A stretch of DNA of 64,000 nt from Nitrospinia bacterium (GCA_029261715.1 JAJDAT010000005.1:192487-256486), one strand, 5' to 3'; shown: positions 1 through 10,249, counted from the first letter of the stretch. The notes: generated by a model from the sequence alone, not told the origin. Numbers and translations: made by a program.

Positions 1-1
1 T

Positions 2-523
2 TTAAAATCGCCTCATGCGACTCCTATTGAAATTTTAAATTTGGACTATACTCAAGTAGGGAATGGCGCATGTAGCGCTATTGCGGAAGCGACTCAATTA
101 AAGAATTTAAAAGAATTTCATTTAGAGCGAGGTTATGTCGACGATGAAGGACTTAAAAAGTTTCTTGAGTGGGAAGGATTAGAAAAATTAAGGACGTTAA
201 AGTTGCCTTCTAATAAATTGACGGACGAAGGTATTGAGGAGCTATCTAAGTCTTCGCGATTAAAATCTATTAAAGTCTTGGACCTTGGTTATAATCAAAT
301 TACGGATAAAGGATGTGAAGCTTTAGCTAATTCGACGATTATTGATAATTTAGAAGTTTTAACAGTCAGTAGAAATCCTTTTACTGAAGAAGGGGCAAAA
401 AAACTTAAAGACTTGAAAATTTCAGGAAGATTGAAAAACTTAATTTTATATGAAGGCGTTGATAATACGCCTAATTTAGTTAACTACTCTAGACCGGAGT
501 TGCTAAGGCCGGATGCTGAGTAG
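2..523 (+). CDS. RNI/GALA-type leucine-rich repeat protein, 5'-truncated by the window edge
   Basis: Repeats LxxLxLxxNxI/LTDEGxxxLA. The frame is open from base 2 (LKSPHATPIEILNLDYTQ...), so the TTG at 41 is probably not the true start. Confidence 0.85.
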   Translation, partial: LKSPHATPIEILNLDYTQVGNGACSAIAEATQLKNLKEFHLERGYVDDEGLKKFLEWEGLEKLRTLKLPSNKLTDEGIEELSKSSRLKSIKVLDLGYNQITDKGCEALANSTIIDNLEVLTVSRNPFTEEGAKKLKDLKISGRLKNLILYEGVDNTPNLVNYSRPELLRPDAE

Positions 524-551
524 TAACTTCTTCTAAATATATTTTGGGTTT

Positions 552-2348
552 TTAATAACTTAGTAAAACTTTTGATTTGTCGGCTGTTATAGTATTTCTC
601 AAACTGCCGTCTTCATTAAAGAAGAAGTAAAAGGATTTTTCCGCACCACTAACAACTCCGTAACTATGATTTATTCGATAAATTTTGGCGACTGTGGTTT
701 CGTCAATTTTGACCGAATATAAAGGCTTTAAACTCTCATCTAGTTCTAATAAATTAAGAAACTCATCAGAACTGAATCGTTTTTCTAACACGAACACATA
801 TCCCCTGAAATTGTATTTTTCCAAAGTGCCGTGAAAAGCTGAATTAGTTTCAAAATTCAGCGTAATAGGTTCTAGGGTAGGTTTTAGTTGGACCTTTTGT
901 AGGTCTTTTCTTAATAAAGCAGGTTCCATAACGTTGTAGTCAAAAAAATTTAATAACGTTATTTTAGAGTTTTCCGGCGCATTTCTATTGACCCACCTGA
1001 TTAATTGTCTCAAAGATGATTGCCAATAATCGTACGCATACATGAATCTGACTTTCCCTCCCTTTAGCCCACCTGTCATTTCGTTAAAATATAAAATTTC
1101 GTAGGGATGTATTTTGTAAATTGGATAAGCTAAGGAAAGAGTAATTAGAGAGACTCCGAAAACCACTAAAGATTTTGTTGCGAAGCTTGATTTGATAAGC
1201 GAACTAATGATTTCGAATAATCTGACGCTGCCCCAACCGGCTAAAATAACAACAGGAATGATGTAGTTCATGAAATGGCGAATCATCTCGTAGTTTTTAA
1301 TTCCTGGTAAACTGGATTTGAATATTGGAACTAGGATCCATAAAAAGAAAAGAATAAATCGAGTGTCTCTCTCTTTTATGAGTTTTTGAAAAGAAAAATA
1401 AATTCCAATAGGTAAGAAAATTAAGATTATTGTTGGGGTCGTTGCAAACGCTTGGTGAAAGACGCTTAGATTCCAGCCACCTTCGTAACCCACGACGCTC
1501 TCATTAAATAACATTGTGAAAATGTGAGAATGAATTTGCCGAGAAAAAAAATCTCCTAAGTTTTCCGCTGTCCAGAAATAAGGAAAGACGCTTAACCAAG
1601 ATAAATAAGCGATTAAGGGCGAGAAAAACCAAACTCTCTTTTCTTGTTTACTAAAAGAAAGTTTATTTAATGTTTTAAAAACCACATACCAGGGCAAAAG
1701 TATAAAAATTAAAAAAACGGAATTTAGCTTGGTTGCTACCGAAATTCCGAATAAACCGATTGCGACTACGAGTAGTTTTGAGTTTTGTCGGGTCACGGCT
1801 TGGTAAAAAACCATGATCGTGATTGAAAAGAAAATAACTAATGGGATGTCGCTCAGATTGTTATGAGAATGAGCTATAAGGCGCGGAAATAAACCATAAA
1901 ATAGAGCTGAAATAATTCCCACCCAAAATCCATAGAGAGATTTTGCAAATAGATAGACAACTCCTACGCTTATCGCAAACAAAATGATTATGATTGCGTT
2001 ATGAGCGTCAAAATAATTTAGCCAACCGAGCTTTTGATAAAAGAGATTACATGTTGCTGCAGAAAGAGCGTCGATTAGAGGAGAGTAATCTACGGGAGCG
2101 AAGCTGTCTTTTTCTAAAAACTTGTGTGTGTGTAATAACCCTGCTTCTTCAGCTAATTTTGGAGTGTTTTGAGGATCTAGATAAGCTTTGTTACCCGTGA
2201 TTAAAAAATAGTAGTTTCGAAAACCACTGGCAAACTTGATTGGAGCATCGTTCATTGATCCATATTCCGCAATTGTTGCGAAACCAAGACTTAGAGAAAA
2301 TAGTACAAAGGCAAAAAACGAGATCAAATCTCTATAACGAGCCCACAT
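552..2348 (-). CDS. Polytopic GT-C glycosyltransferase (PMT_2/ArnT-like, family 39/83)
   Basis: Many TM segments; motifs DAP..., PRLIAHSHNNLSDIP, GISVATKLN, RHF, YFNEMTGG...DYW. Confidence 0.75.
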   Translation of the reverse strand: MWARYRDLISFFAFVLFSLSLGFATIAEYGSMNDAPIKFASGFRNYYFLITGNKAYLDPQNTPKLAEEAGLLHTHKFLEKDSFAPVDYSPLIDALSAATCNLFYQKLGWLNYFDAHNAIIIILFAISVGVVYLFAKSLYGFWVGIISALFYGLFPRLIAHSHNNLSDIPLVIFFSITIMVFYQAVTRQNSKLLVVAIGLFGISVATKLNSVFLIFILLPWYVVFKTLNKLSFSKQEKRVWFFSPLIAYLSWLSVFPYFWTAENLGDFFSRQIHSHIFTMLFNESVVGYEGGWNLSVFHQAFATTPTIILIFLPIGIYFSFQKLIKERDTRFILFFLWILVPIFKSSLPGIKNYEMIRHFMNYIIPVVILAGWGSVRLFEIISSLIKSSFATKSLVVFGVSLITLSLAYPIYKIHPYEILYFNEMTGGLKGGKVRFMYAYDYWQSSLRQLIRWVNRNAPENSKITLLNFFDYNVMEPALLRKDLQKVQLKPTLEPITLNFETNSAFHGTLEKYNFRGYVFVLEKRFSSDEFLNLLELDESLKPLYSVKIDETTVAKIYRINHSYGVVSGAEKSFYFFFNEDGSLRNTITADKSKVLLSY

Positions 2349-2477
2349 TTAGGAAAAATAAAATTTAAGATTATAGGAAAGAAAAATAGGAGGAGCGTTT
2401 TTTAGTTAGTTTGAAAAATGGGACTGATTTCTTAATTATATGAAAAACTTTATTAATCTTAGATTGATGAAGAAACT

Positions 2478-3140
2478 TTAAAATATTTTTAAAGTTTCTA
2501 TCTTACTTAAGTTTTTACATTCTTTGACAGCTTGTTTGGTCTCTTTTAATTTTATCCTGTTACCGCCAAGATGAAGATAGGTCAAATTAGAGAAATTAGG
2601 AGAGTTTGCAATACACAAAGCGCCCTCGTCGCTTATTTTGTTGTCGACTAAATTTAAGCTTGTAACTTTAGTCAAATATTTTGATTCAGCTAAAGCTTTT
2701 GCTCCGGCAGGTTGAATCTTATTACACTCTAAATTCAAAAACTCAACATTGGCAAATAAGGGGGAGTTAGCAATTATCTTGGCTCCTTCGTCTCCAAGTT
2801 GATTGGATCCTAAATGTAGATAATCGATATTTTTAATGATAGGGGATTCAGCAAGGATAGCGACACCTTCGGGGCCTAGCTGGTTGTGAGTGATAATTAT
2901 AGAAGTCACATCCTTTAGAGGCTCGAAGTTTGCTAACAATTTAGCTAAATTAGGACCGTGATCTGGGTCTTTAATGTCGCCATTTTTTGAAAAAAGAAAA
3001 CCATCCTGAATTTTTAAAACAGTTTTATTCTTTATTGCCTCAACAATCGTTTTTTCAAGGGGCGTATAATTGGCGTCTCCATAATTATCGCCATCGTTGA
3101 TTAATTCCTCCCAATTTTTTATTTTTGGTTTTTGTGTCAT
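2478..3140 (-). CDS. RNI/GALA-type leucine-rich repeat protein
   Basis: Repeats such as YLHLGSNQLGDEGAKIIANS and SLNLVDNKISDEGALCIANS. Confidence 0.85.
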   Translation of the reverse strand: MTQKPKIKNWEELINDGDNYGDANYTPLEKTIVEAIKNKTVLKIQDGFLFSKNGDIKDPDHGPNLAKLLANFEPLKDVTSIIITHNQLGPEGVAILAESPIIKNIDYLHLGSNQLGDEGAKIIANSPLFANVEFLNLECNKIQPAGAKALAESKYLTKVTSLNLVDNKISDEGALCIANSPNFSNLTYLHLGGNRIKLKETKQAVKECKNLSKIETLKIF

Positions 3141-3162
3141 TTTTTATTATTGTGTATGAAAA

Positions 3163-3630
3163 TTATTTTCTTAAATGCGCCGCCCGATTGCAGCCAAATT
3201 GGTTTCCTAAATCACAAGAAACGTCAAACCATTTAATCGCTCTTTTTTGTCGGCCTTCTTTATATTTTATTGAGCCTAAATTGAAGCAAGCTTTATCATG
3301 TTTGTTTTCGCAAGCTGCTTTAAAGTATTTAGTCGCTTTCTTAAACTCTTTACTGTAAGGCGTTCCTTTTTTCATTAAAAGGATTCCAGCATGTGAACAG
3401 GCTGTGTAATGACCTCCTTTGCAGGCTTTTTCAAAAAATGGGAGAGCTTTTTTATCGTCTTTATCCAAGGTTCGATATTTTTCTCCAATTTTAAAACAGG
3501 AATGGGAAATGTCTTTGTTGCATAAGGGGGTAAGGGATTCTACCGTGTCCATGGCTGCATAAGCAAAGTTGACTAGCGTAAAAGTAGAAAGCATAAAAGA
3601 AGACAAGGTCAAAAATATGATTTTTCTCAC
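3163..3630 (-). CDS. Secreted Sel1-like repeat (Hcp-like, Cys-bridged) protein
   Basis: Signal peptide ending AYA; KACKGGHYTAC and AACENKHDKACFNLG repeats; GTG at 3630 preceded by GAAAGG taken as the start. Confidence 0.8.
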   Translation of the reverse strand: MRKIIFLTLSSFMLSTFTLVNFAYAAMDTVESLTPLCNKDISHSCFKIGEKYRTLDKDDKKALPFFEKACKGGHYTACSHAGILLMKKGTPYSKEFKKATKYFKAACENKHDKACFNLGSIKYKEGRQKRAIKWFDVSCDLGNQFGCNRAAHLRK

Positions 3631-3857
3631 GGTTTTACCTTTCGGAGAGGTTTTAAAGGTTTTAACGCAAACCAAGCTCAATATTTATCCATCGTATTAT
3701 TATTAAAGCAAATTTTTATGTATAAAGGCAGTTAAAAGAAAAAATTAAACGCTATTGGAGAGTTCTTAGGGAATAGTAAAAACTTAATGGTTTGATTGAT
3801 GAAAAATGTTGGATCGCTAAATATTAGAGAACTTGGGATTAGTTCTGGGGAAGAATC

Positions 3858-4265
3858 TTATTTTTTTTTCCTTTTTATCTCTTTATTTTCAAAATCAAGA
3901 AAGAATCCCTTGTTTACTAGAGAAGGGTACCGGGTTTTTCTTTTTAGATCGTTCCGAGCCCAAACCTTTTCTACATAATGGCATGTGCGACAATCTGAAG
4001 TTTTTCTGTAGAAGTTTTTTTTATAAGACTTTCGCTTTTTTAAGATGTGTGTTTCGGCTTGGAAGTCTCTATGCACATGGCAATTTAGGCAATAGTCGTT
4101 TATCACCTTATTATTTTTAGCTCTAGAGAAATCTCCGTTAAAAGCTTTTTCAACTTTTAAAGATGAGCAGCCACAAAAAACTAAAGTAAAAAAAAGGAAT
4201 AGCTTGCAGAGGCGAGTTAAACTTAAGTATGAAAACTTTAGGTCATAAAACCCAGTTGAGGGCAT
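3858..4265 (-). CDS. Putative di-heme c-type cytochrome lipoprotein
   Basis: Two CxxCH motifs (CLNCH, CRTCH); hydrophobic N-terminus with lipobox-like VFCGC. Confidence 0.65.
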   Translation of the reverse strand: MPSTGFYDLKFSYLSLTRLCKLFLFFTLVFCGCSSLKVEKAFNGDFSRAKNNKVINDYCLNCHVHRDFQAETHILKKRKSYKKNFYRKTSDCRTCHYVEKVWARNDLKRKTRYPSLVNKGFFLDFENKEIKRKKK

Positions 4266-4267
4266 GA

Positions 4268-4939
4268 TTAGATAGACCGCGCTTTAATCATATTATAATT
4301 TTTATATACCTTATTGGAATATTTTTTAGGACGAATTCCACGCTTCAAAAATTGTTTTAATTGGGTGGGGCCATGGTTGTAAGCCTCTAATGCCAACCTA
4401 AGATCTTGAAATCGTTTTAGCAGTTTATTTAAATAAAATGCGCCAAGAGCAATATTAACTTCTGGGTCATAAAGAGTTTTTTTACCCCGCCAGGCCATTT
4501 GGGTTTCCGTAGCTAAAGCCGATCCTGTCGCGGGCAAAATTTGCATTAAGCCTATAGCTCCTTGATGTGATTTTGCGCGGTTGTTGAAGGAACTCTCGGT
4601 AATAATTAAAGCGGTTAAGAAGAGTGGATCGTAGCCATATTTTTGGCTATATTCAAAGATATGTTCTGAGACTAATTCTAATTTACTTTTTTCAAAATTA
4701 GTCTGATATCGGTAAGCGATTTTCCGTATTTGTTTCTTTACCTCGTTTTTATATTTAAGCTTTTCTTTTTCCTCATATGCCGCTCTTTTGGAAAATACGG
4801 ATTCTTGAAAACTCCATTCTTTAACATAAGCTGGAGATATTCCATTTAAGTCAGAAGGCTTTTTTTCCGAAATAGGTAATATTAAACCAATTGAAATAAC
4901 GGCAGATAACCAAATTTTGTTGCTGCTAAAATATTTCAT
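4268..4939 (-). CDS. Lytic transglycosylase (SLT domain)
   Basis: ALIITESSFN, GAIGLMQI, AYNHG motifs. Confidence 0.9.
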   Translation of the reverse strand: MKYFSSNKIWLSAVISIGLILPISEKKPSDLNGISPAYVKEWSFQESVFSKRAAYEEKEKLKYKNEVKKQIRKIAYRYQTNFEKSKLELVSEHIFEYSQKYGYDPLFLTALIITESSFNNRAKSHQGAIGLMQILPATGSALATETQMAWRGKKTLYDPEVNIALGAFYLNKLLKRFQDLRLALEAYNHGPTQLKQFLKRGIRPKKYSNKVYKNYNMIKARSI

Positions 4940-5026
4940 TAGAAAAATAGATGTGGAAGAGATGAATCAGAGAAAAAACTTAATAAAGGTAAGAAATAAT
5001 CAATTTGGCAACTTTCTTGCTACAGA

Positions 5027-5056
5027 ATTATATTAAAAATTACCCTATATTGTCAA
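5027..5056 (-). promoter_or_regulatory. Sigma70-type promoter for the SLT-cytochrome operon
   Basis: Minus strand reads TTGACA-N18-TATAAT. Confidence 0.6.
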
Positions 5057-5194
5057 TAAAGGACGTTTTTTTTTGAATTTCAAGTTTCTTATCGGAATTC
5101 ATCATAAAATATTAAAAAAAACGTTTTTATTGTTCTTTCATTATATTGGATTTATAATTAGAAGTCCATATAACATATTGAAAAATAATTAGTT

Positions 5195-8100
5195 ATGAAT
5201 TTTAGTTGTCCGGAGTGTAAAACTGAAAACGAGATCGAATTTGTCGATCCGAATTCAGAAAACCAGAGTGTCGAATGCGTTGCATGTAAGGTTCAATTTG
5301 TAGCGGCAAAGGATGGAAGCTCTAGGGCCGAAGCTATTTCACAAGATATATCGGGAAGAGAAACGCTAACTGCAGACGTGGACATGGGGCAGGTTTCAGG
5401 TTTAGGGCAGGAGCAAGAAGTTTTTGAAGAAGAGCCTGAAAATGTTGATTCGAGCTTTGATCCTGACAATATTGAAAATATGCTGGATCAAATGCTTGAA
5501 GATGACGTTCCAGAAGTTGTTGCTGAACCCGCCGAAGATGCTGAAATTGGTTCTTCTGAAGCTGTTGGTCAAAATTTAGATGTAAGTACGGGAGATTTGA
5601 ACTCCGAAATAGAGGATGGCCCAGAGGTTGTTACCGGTCAAATAGAAGCTAACGATTCTGTTTCTGCTGTTCCAGTAGAGAATACTTTAGACGGAATGTT
5701 AGAAGATATGAGTTTTGGAGGTCTGGATAATGAGGTTGATGACTCTCCAGAGGTTATTATAGATCAAATAGAAGAAGATGCCGAGACACTTTCAGCTCCC
5801 TCAGGAGGAGATGATTTAGATAGTATTTTAGACGGAGTGTTAGGTGATACGAGTTTTGGAAGTCTGGATAATGAGGTTGATGACGCTCCAGAAGTTATTA
5901 CAGATCAAATAGAAGAAGATACCGAGACACTTTCAGCTCCCTCAGGAGGAGATGATTTAGATAGTATTTTAGACGGTGTGTTGACCGATACGGATTTTGG
6001 CGGATTAGATAGCGGGATGGAAGACGCTCCAGAGGTTATTGCCGACCCAAACCAAGAAGAGGTTGAAGAAGCCTTAGCGCAGCCGAGTGAAGAAGATTTA
6101 GATAATGTTCTAGATGGAATGTTGAATAATGATACAGAAAGCGCAGAAGTAGAAGATACCCCGGAAGTTGTCACTGATCCAAATCAAGAGGAGGTTGAAG
6201 AAGCCTTAACGGAGCCAAGCGAAGAAAATTTAGATAATGTTCTAGATGGAATGTTGAACAATGATACAGATTTAGAAGACATAACCACTCAAATAGAAGA
6301 GTCTCCAGAGGTTTTGCAAAACGACCAGCTAAATGAGGTGGTAACTGAGCCTTTATCGGAAAAAACTATAGAAACCGCTCAAAATTCCGATATGGAAACT
6401 ATTTCTCCTGAAATTTCAGAAGCAGTTGATAATATTAATGAGGATACTGAAGAACCTGAGGGGAATGAGGAATCAGAAGAAGATATTTTAAATTCGCTAA
6501 AAGAAGAAATGGGATTAGATGATTTATTTGGCGATGATGAAGATGATTTGGACGAACCAGAATCGAAACCTGATGAAAAAATAGATGAGAAAGCTGAGGC
6601 TGAACTTGAAAATACAGTTGAAGAGCCGGAATTACCAATTCCAGTTCCTGAATCAATTGAAGATGAGCAGCCGCAAGTAGAAGCAAAAAATGAAAGCTCA
6701 GAAGAAATTGCAGCTTCAGAAGATGTTCCAGAAGAGAGTGATGGACAAGATGAAATTGAACGAATGCTGGATGATGATATTCAAGGAGATGCAGAGATAA
6801 CGCAAGAAGCGTCGCAAGAATCAAAAGAAGAAAATGCAACAATTGAAGAAAAACTTGACGAAATTTGGGATGATACCGTTAATACTAGTAACGAAGTGAT
6901 TGAAGAGCCCAAAGAAAACTTAAAACCCAATTCAGAGGACCATACCGTGGCAGAAGAAAAACCGGAAGAATCCGAAGACGATCTTTGGGCGAAAGCATTT
7001 GCTGAACAGGACGACTTGAATAAAGATCAAGAAGCTCCGAAAGAAGAAGGTTCAGGAAAAGAAGAAGATTCAGGAACAGAAGGAAGCGATGATGACCTTT
7101 GGGCGCAAGCTTTTGCTGAGCAAGACGACCTGAATAAAGATCAAGAAGCTCCGAAAGAAGAAGATTCAGGAAAAGAAGAAGATTCAGGAGCAGAAGGCGG
7201 CGAAGAAGATCTTTGGGCGCAAGCTTTTGCCGAGCAAGACGAACTTAATAAAGACAAAGAGGCCCCTAAAGATGAAGGAGCAGGATCCGAGGAGTCGGAA
7301 GAAGATCTTTGGGCGCAAGCTTTTGCCGAGCAAGATGAACTTAATAAGGAAAAAGAACCTGAAGACTCAGAAGCAGTCGACTCTGTTGATACTGCTGAAG
7401 AAGATCATGAGCAAGTAGCCCCTGAAGAAGATGAAGCAGCGCTTGCAGTAGCCGCAGAAGAAGTGAACGCGTCCGAAGATGATATGGATGTGACGGGTGG
7501 CATTAAAGAAGAAGATTATGAGGATGAAGAAGACGAAGCTGATGCAGAGGGTGAGGAAGAGGAAGAGGCAGATGCTGGAGGCATTCGAGAAGAAGATTAT
7601 GAAGACGATGAAGATGAAGAAGAGGATGACTACGAGGAAGAAGACGAACCAAGAAGAAAAATAGGTCCCATTCCCATTCCAGCGAGCACCCTCGGCAAAG
7701 CCCTTATGGGAGCTAGCTTAGCCGCTGTTTTAATTACGGCTGGAGGGTTTTATTTTGGTATTCAAAAGTTCATGCCTGAGGAGGTAGCGAAATATATACC
7801 ATTTCTTAAAAAAGATGTTCCACCAGAAGAAGGCGTCGTTTCTAAAGAAGAAGGCATGGAAGGCGCCTCAGAGGCTGGAAAAGAAGAGGACCCGAATCAA
7901 ACTGAAGAAGCAAATCCAGACGCTCTAAATCTAGCAATGGAAGGAGAAGAGAGTGCGGAGCCTTCTAAAGAAGAGATGGCGAAGAAAGCGGAAAGCGGAG
8001 ATATAAAATCCGCAGAAACCCCAAAAGAAGCGGAATCGACTTCCGAAAAGCCCGCGCAACAAGAGCAAACAGAAAAATCCGCAACCGCGTCCGCTAATAC

Positions 8101-8620
8101 AGAAGAACAAGCAAAAGCTATGCAAGCGGAACAACCAGCTTCTGCAGAAACAGAAAAGCCTAAAGAAAAAGAGAAGCCCCTTATTTTAGGCTCTGAAGAG
8201 AAAGGATCGGAAGAAGCCAAAGATGTCACCAAAGCTTTGCAGGCTGCTTTAGGAGATAAAGGCGAGGCTTCAGTCGACCCTGATTCAGGATTACTAGCCG
8301 CTCTATCACCAACTGAAAAAACGATAATGTTTGGAACCATTATGCCCGTTGCTTATAACATTAACGATATCCGAGTTTTAAGCTTTGATTTACAGGTCGA
8401 ATTAGATAACGGCAAAACTGCAAAATTGATCAGAGAAGCCTTGCCGGTTTATGAAAAAATTATGGTCGATACGGTAGAAAAGTTTCTTGAGAAGAAATTT
8501 TATAACGACATTTTGTATGTAAAAGAAAAACTTCAAAAACAACTTCAGAAAAACTTCAATAAATCAATTAAGGGTGGTCGTGTAAAAAAAGCTAAATTCA
8601 AAGAGTTTACGATCCAATAA
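5195..8620 (+). CDS. Giant acidic protein: N-terminal zinc ribbon, repetitive D/E-rich region, single TM, C-terminal FliL-like domain
   Basis: CPEC...CVAC; TM LMGASLAAVLITAGGFYFGI; C-terminus RVLSFDLQVELDN...LP...KEKLQKQL...GRVKKAKFKEFTIQ fits the FliL pattern. Confidence 0.75.
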   Translation: MNFSCPECKTENEIEFVDPNSENQSVECVACKVQFVAAKDGSSRAEAISQDISGRETLTADVDMGQVSGLGQEQEVFEEEPENVDSSFDPDNIENMLDQMLEDDVPEVVAEPAEDAEIGSSEAVGQNLDVSTGDLNSEIEDGPEVVTGQIEANDSVSAVPVENTLDGMLEDMSFGGLDNEVDDSPEVIIDQIEEDAETLSAPSGGDDLDSILDGVLGDTSFGSLDNEVDDAPEVITDQIEEDTETLSAPSGGDDLDSILDGVLTDTDFGGLDSGMEDAPEVIADPNQEEVEEALAQPSEEDLDNVLDGMLNNDTESAEVEDTPEVVTDPNQEEVEEALTEPSEENLDNVLDGMLNNDTDLEDITTQIEESPEVLQNDQLNEVVTEPLSEKTIETAQNSDMETISPEISEAVDNINEDTEEPEGNEESEEDILNSLKEEMGLDDLFGDDEDDLDEPESKPDEKIDEKAEAELENTVEEPELPIPVPESIEDEQPQVEAKNESSEEIAASEDVPEESDGQDEIERMLDDDIQGDAEITQEASQESKEENATIEEKLDEIWDDTVNTSNEVIEEPKENLKPNSEDHTVAEEKPEESEDDLWAKAFAEQDDLNKDQEAPKEEGSGKEEDSGTEGSDDDLWAQAFAEQDDLNKDQEAPKEEDSGKEEDSGAEGGEEDLWAQAFAEQDELNKDKEAPKDEGAGSEESEEDLWAQAFAEQDELNKEKEPEDSEAVDSVDTAEEDHEQVAPEEDEAALAVAAEEVNASEDDMDVTGGIKEEDYEDEEDEADAEGEEEEEADAGGIREEDYEDDEDEEEDDYEEEDEPRRKIGPIPIPASTLGKALMGASLAAVLITAGGFYFGIQKFMPEEVAKYIPFLKKDVPPEEGVVSKEEGMEGASEAGKEEDPNQTEEANPDALNLAMEGEESAEPSKEEMAKKAESGDIKSAETPKEAESTSEKPAQQEQTEKSATASANTEEQAKAMQAEQPASAETEKPKEKEKPLILGSEEKGSEEAKDVTKALQAALGDKGEASVDPDSGLLAALSPTEKTIMFGTIMPVAYNINDIRVLSFDLQVELDNGKTAKLIREALPVYEKIMVDTVEKFLEKKFYNDILYVKEKLQKQLQKNFNKSIKGGRVKKAKFKEFTIQ
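5690..6270 (+). repeat. Intragenic tandem repeats (141-bp and 132-bp periods)
   Basis: GTCTGGATAATGAGG recurs at 5721 and 5862; GATAATGTTCTAGATGGAATGTTGAA recurs at 6101 and 6233. Confidence 0.85.
6970..7350 (+). repeat. Four intragenic repeats encoding DLWAxAFAEQDxLNK
   Basis: CTTTGGGCG at 6983, 7097, 7211 and 7307 (periods 114, 114, 96 bp). Confidence 0.9.
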
Positions 8621-8985
8621 AACGGTCCACCCGTAGTACCTTTACCTTCCTTTGCTTCCTAAAAATATTTTTGCGTTATTATTTACCCTTTTTTTACTAT
8701 CTGTTTCTAGCTTTTATCAAAAATTATGGCAAATAAACGTAATTTCTGGTTTTTAGCATAAGAAAACCAATTAAAACATTAATATATATAGTTTTATGTT
8801 TAATTTTAGTTAGTGATTTTTAGATAAAACTTTGCTGAATTAGTTGAATTTAGATGTTTTTTACTTAAATAAAGAAGAAATTTCTAAAATTAGTGAGATT
8901 TATTTTTTATCTTTTTGCAGAAATTGGTTATAATAAAAAAACCTCGAAATTAAAGAACAAATAGGTACCGATATTGAAAAAAGTG

Positions 8986-9015
8986 TTGACATTGTAAGGA
9001 CTTAGAGGATACGAT
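8986..9015 (+). promoter_or_regulatory. Sigma70-type promoter for the M23 gene
   Basis: TTGACA-N18-TACGAT. Confidence 0.5.
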
Positions 9016-9054
9016 TCTTTCGGAAAAATATTTGTGAATTTATAGGAGTACAGG

Positions 9055-9984
9055 GTGTCAAATAAACATTACAGAATTGTGGTATTTCCTGGCGACACGC
9101 TCAAGCCTAAAAAATATAAGTTACCAAAAGTTTTGATTCCAGTTTGCCTCTTCACAATGGCTTTATTTTTGGTAGGCATATCGGGAACCATCTATTATTT
9201 TTCTACGGGTTATTTTAAACTAAAATCTGATACGGCCCAGTTAGCGCAATTAAGAAGAGAGACCAAACTCCAAAAAATTCAGGTTGAACAGTTTTCGCAA
9301 CAAGTAAAAAACTTTGAAACGGAAATGTCGCGTTTAGCGCGATTTGAAAAAAAATTAAGAACCATAACAGCCTTAGAAAACTCTCCAAAATCGTTAGAAA
9401 AAAACTGGGGAGTTGGTGGGCCATATGGGTTGACTTCTCATAGTTTTGCGACTTCCCTTGAAAAAGAAGCTGGCGCGATGGTGAATCGGTTGTCTACCGA
9501 TCTAGATTTACTATCGAATCAAGCAAAAATTCAAAGCATTAGTTTCCAAGAGTTAGATGAATTTTTTAAAAATCAATCCTCCATGTTAGCGTCGATTCCA
9601 TCCGTTTGGCCTATCAGAGGATGGGTGACATCTGGTTTTGGTTTTAGAAAGTCTCCTTTCACTGGTTTAAGAGAAAAACACGAAGGATTAGATATTGCAG
9701 CTAGATCTGGATCTCCGGTAAGAACGCCGGCGGATGGTACTGTTGTTGTTGCTGGAAAAGAATATGGTTATGGGAATATGGTGGAAATCGATCACGGTTA
9801 TGGTTTTATTTCTAGATTTGGTCATAACTCAAAGCATTTGGTAAAGGTAGGCGACAAAGTTAGTCGAGGTCAAATTATTGCTCTCGTCGGCAACACTGGT
9901 AGAAGCACAGGGCCTCATTTGCATTATGAAGTAATCTTTAACGGGATTCCCGTTAACCCAAAGAATTATATTTTAGAAGAATAA
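9055..9984 (+). CDS. M23 family metallopeptidase (TM, coiled coil, LytM domain)
   Basis: HEGLD and STGPHLHYEV motifs; GGAG RBS before GTG. Confidence 0.92.
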   Translation: MSNKHYRIVVFPGDTLKPKKYKLPKVLIPVCLFTMALFLVGISGTIYYFSTGYFKLKSDTAQLAQLRRETKLQKIQVEQFSQQVKNFETEMSRLARFEKKLRTITALENSPKSLEKNWGVGGPYGLTSHSFATSLEKEAGAMVNRLSTDLDLLSNQAKIQSISFQELDEFFKNQSSMLASIPSVWPIRGWVTSGFGFRKSPFTGLREKHEGLDIAARSGSPVRTPADGTVVVAGKEYGYGNMVEIDHGYGFISRFGHNSKHLVKVGDKVSRGQIIALVGNTGRSTGPHLHYEVIFNGIPVNPKNYILEE

Positions 9985-10249
9985 TTCGTCGCAGCTTTAT
10001 CCGACGTTTTTTAGTGATTGTTTAATTCTCATTAAGCGGTCGAGATATGTTCCCAAAAACTGCGAAAGCTAGGCTCAATTCTTACCTATAAAACATCCAA
10101 TCGAAATTAAATCTGGCTCTCATTTCTGACTTACTTATTAAATGTCCAGGCGTCAAAAATGTTTTGGCGTTTTTCTTTTTTCAAGAAACAATAGATAACA
10201 AAATAAAAGCTATAAAGATTTTAACGATCTAAAAGCGCCGAGGTTAATA

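Noticed and set aside
5690-7350. Regularly spaced repeats as a possible CRISPR array
   Set aside because: Periods are multiples of 3 inside an ORF, spacers are homologous, and there are no cas genes
5905-8340. Several antisense or alternate-frame ORFs within the giant acidic gene
   Set aside because: Artefacts of GAA/GAT-rich low-complexity coding sequence
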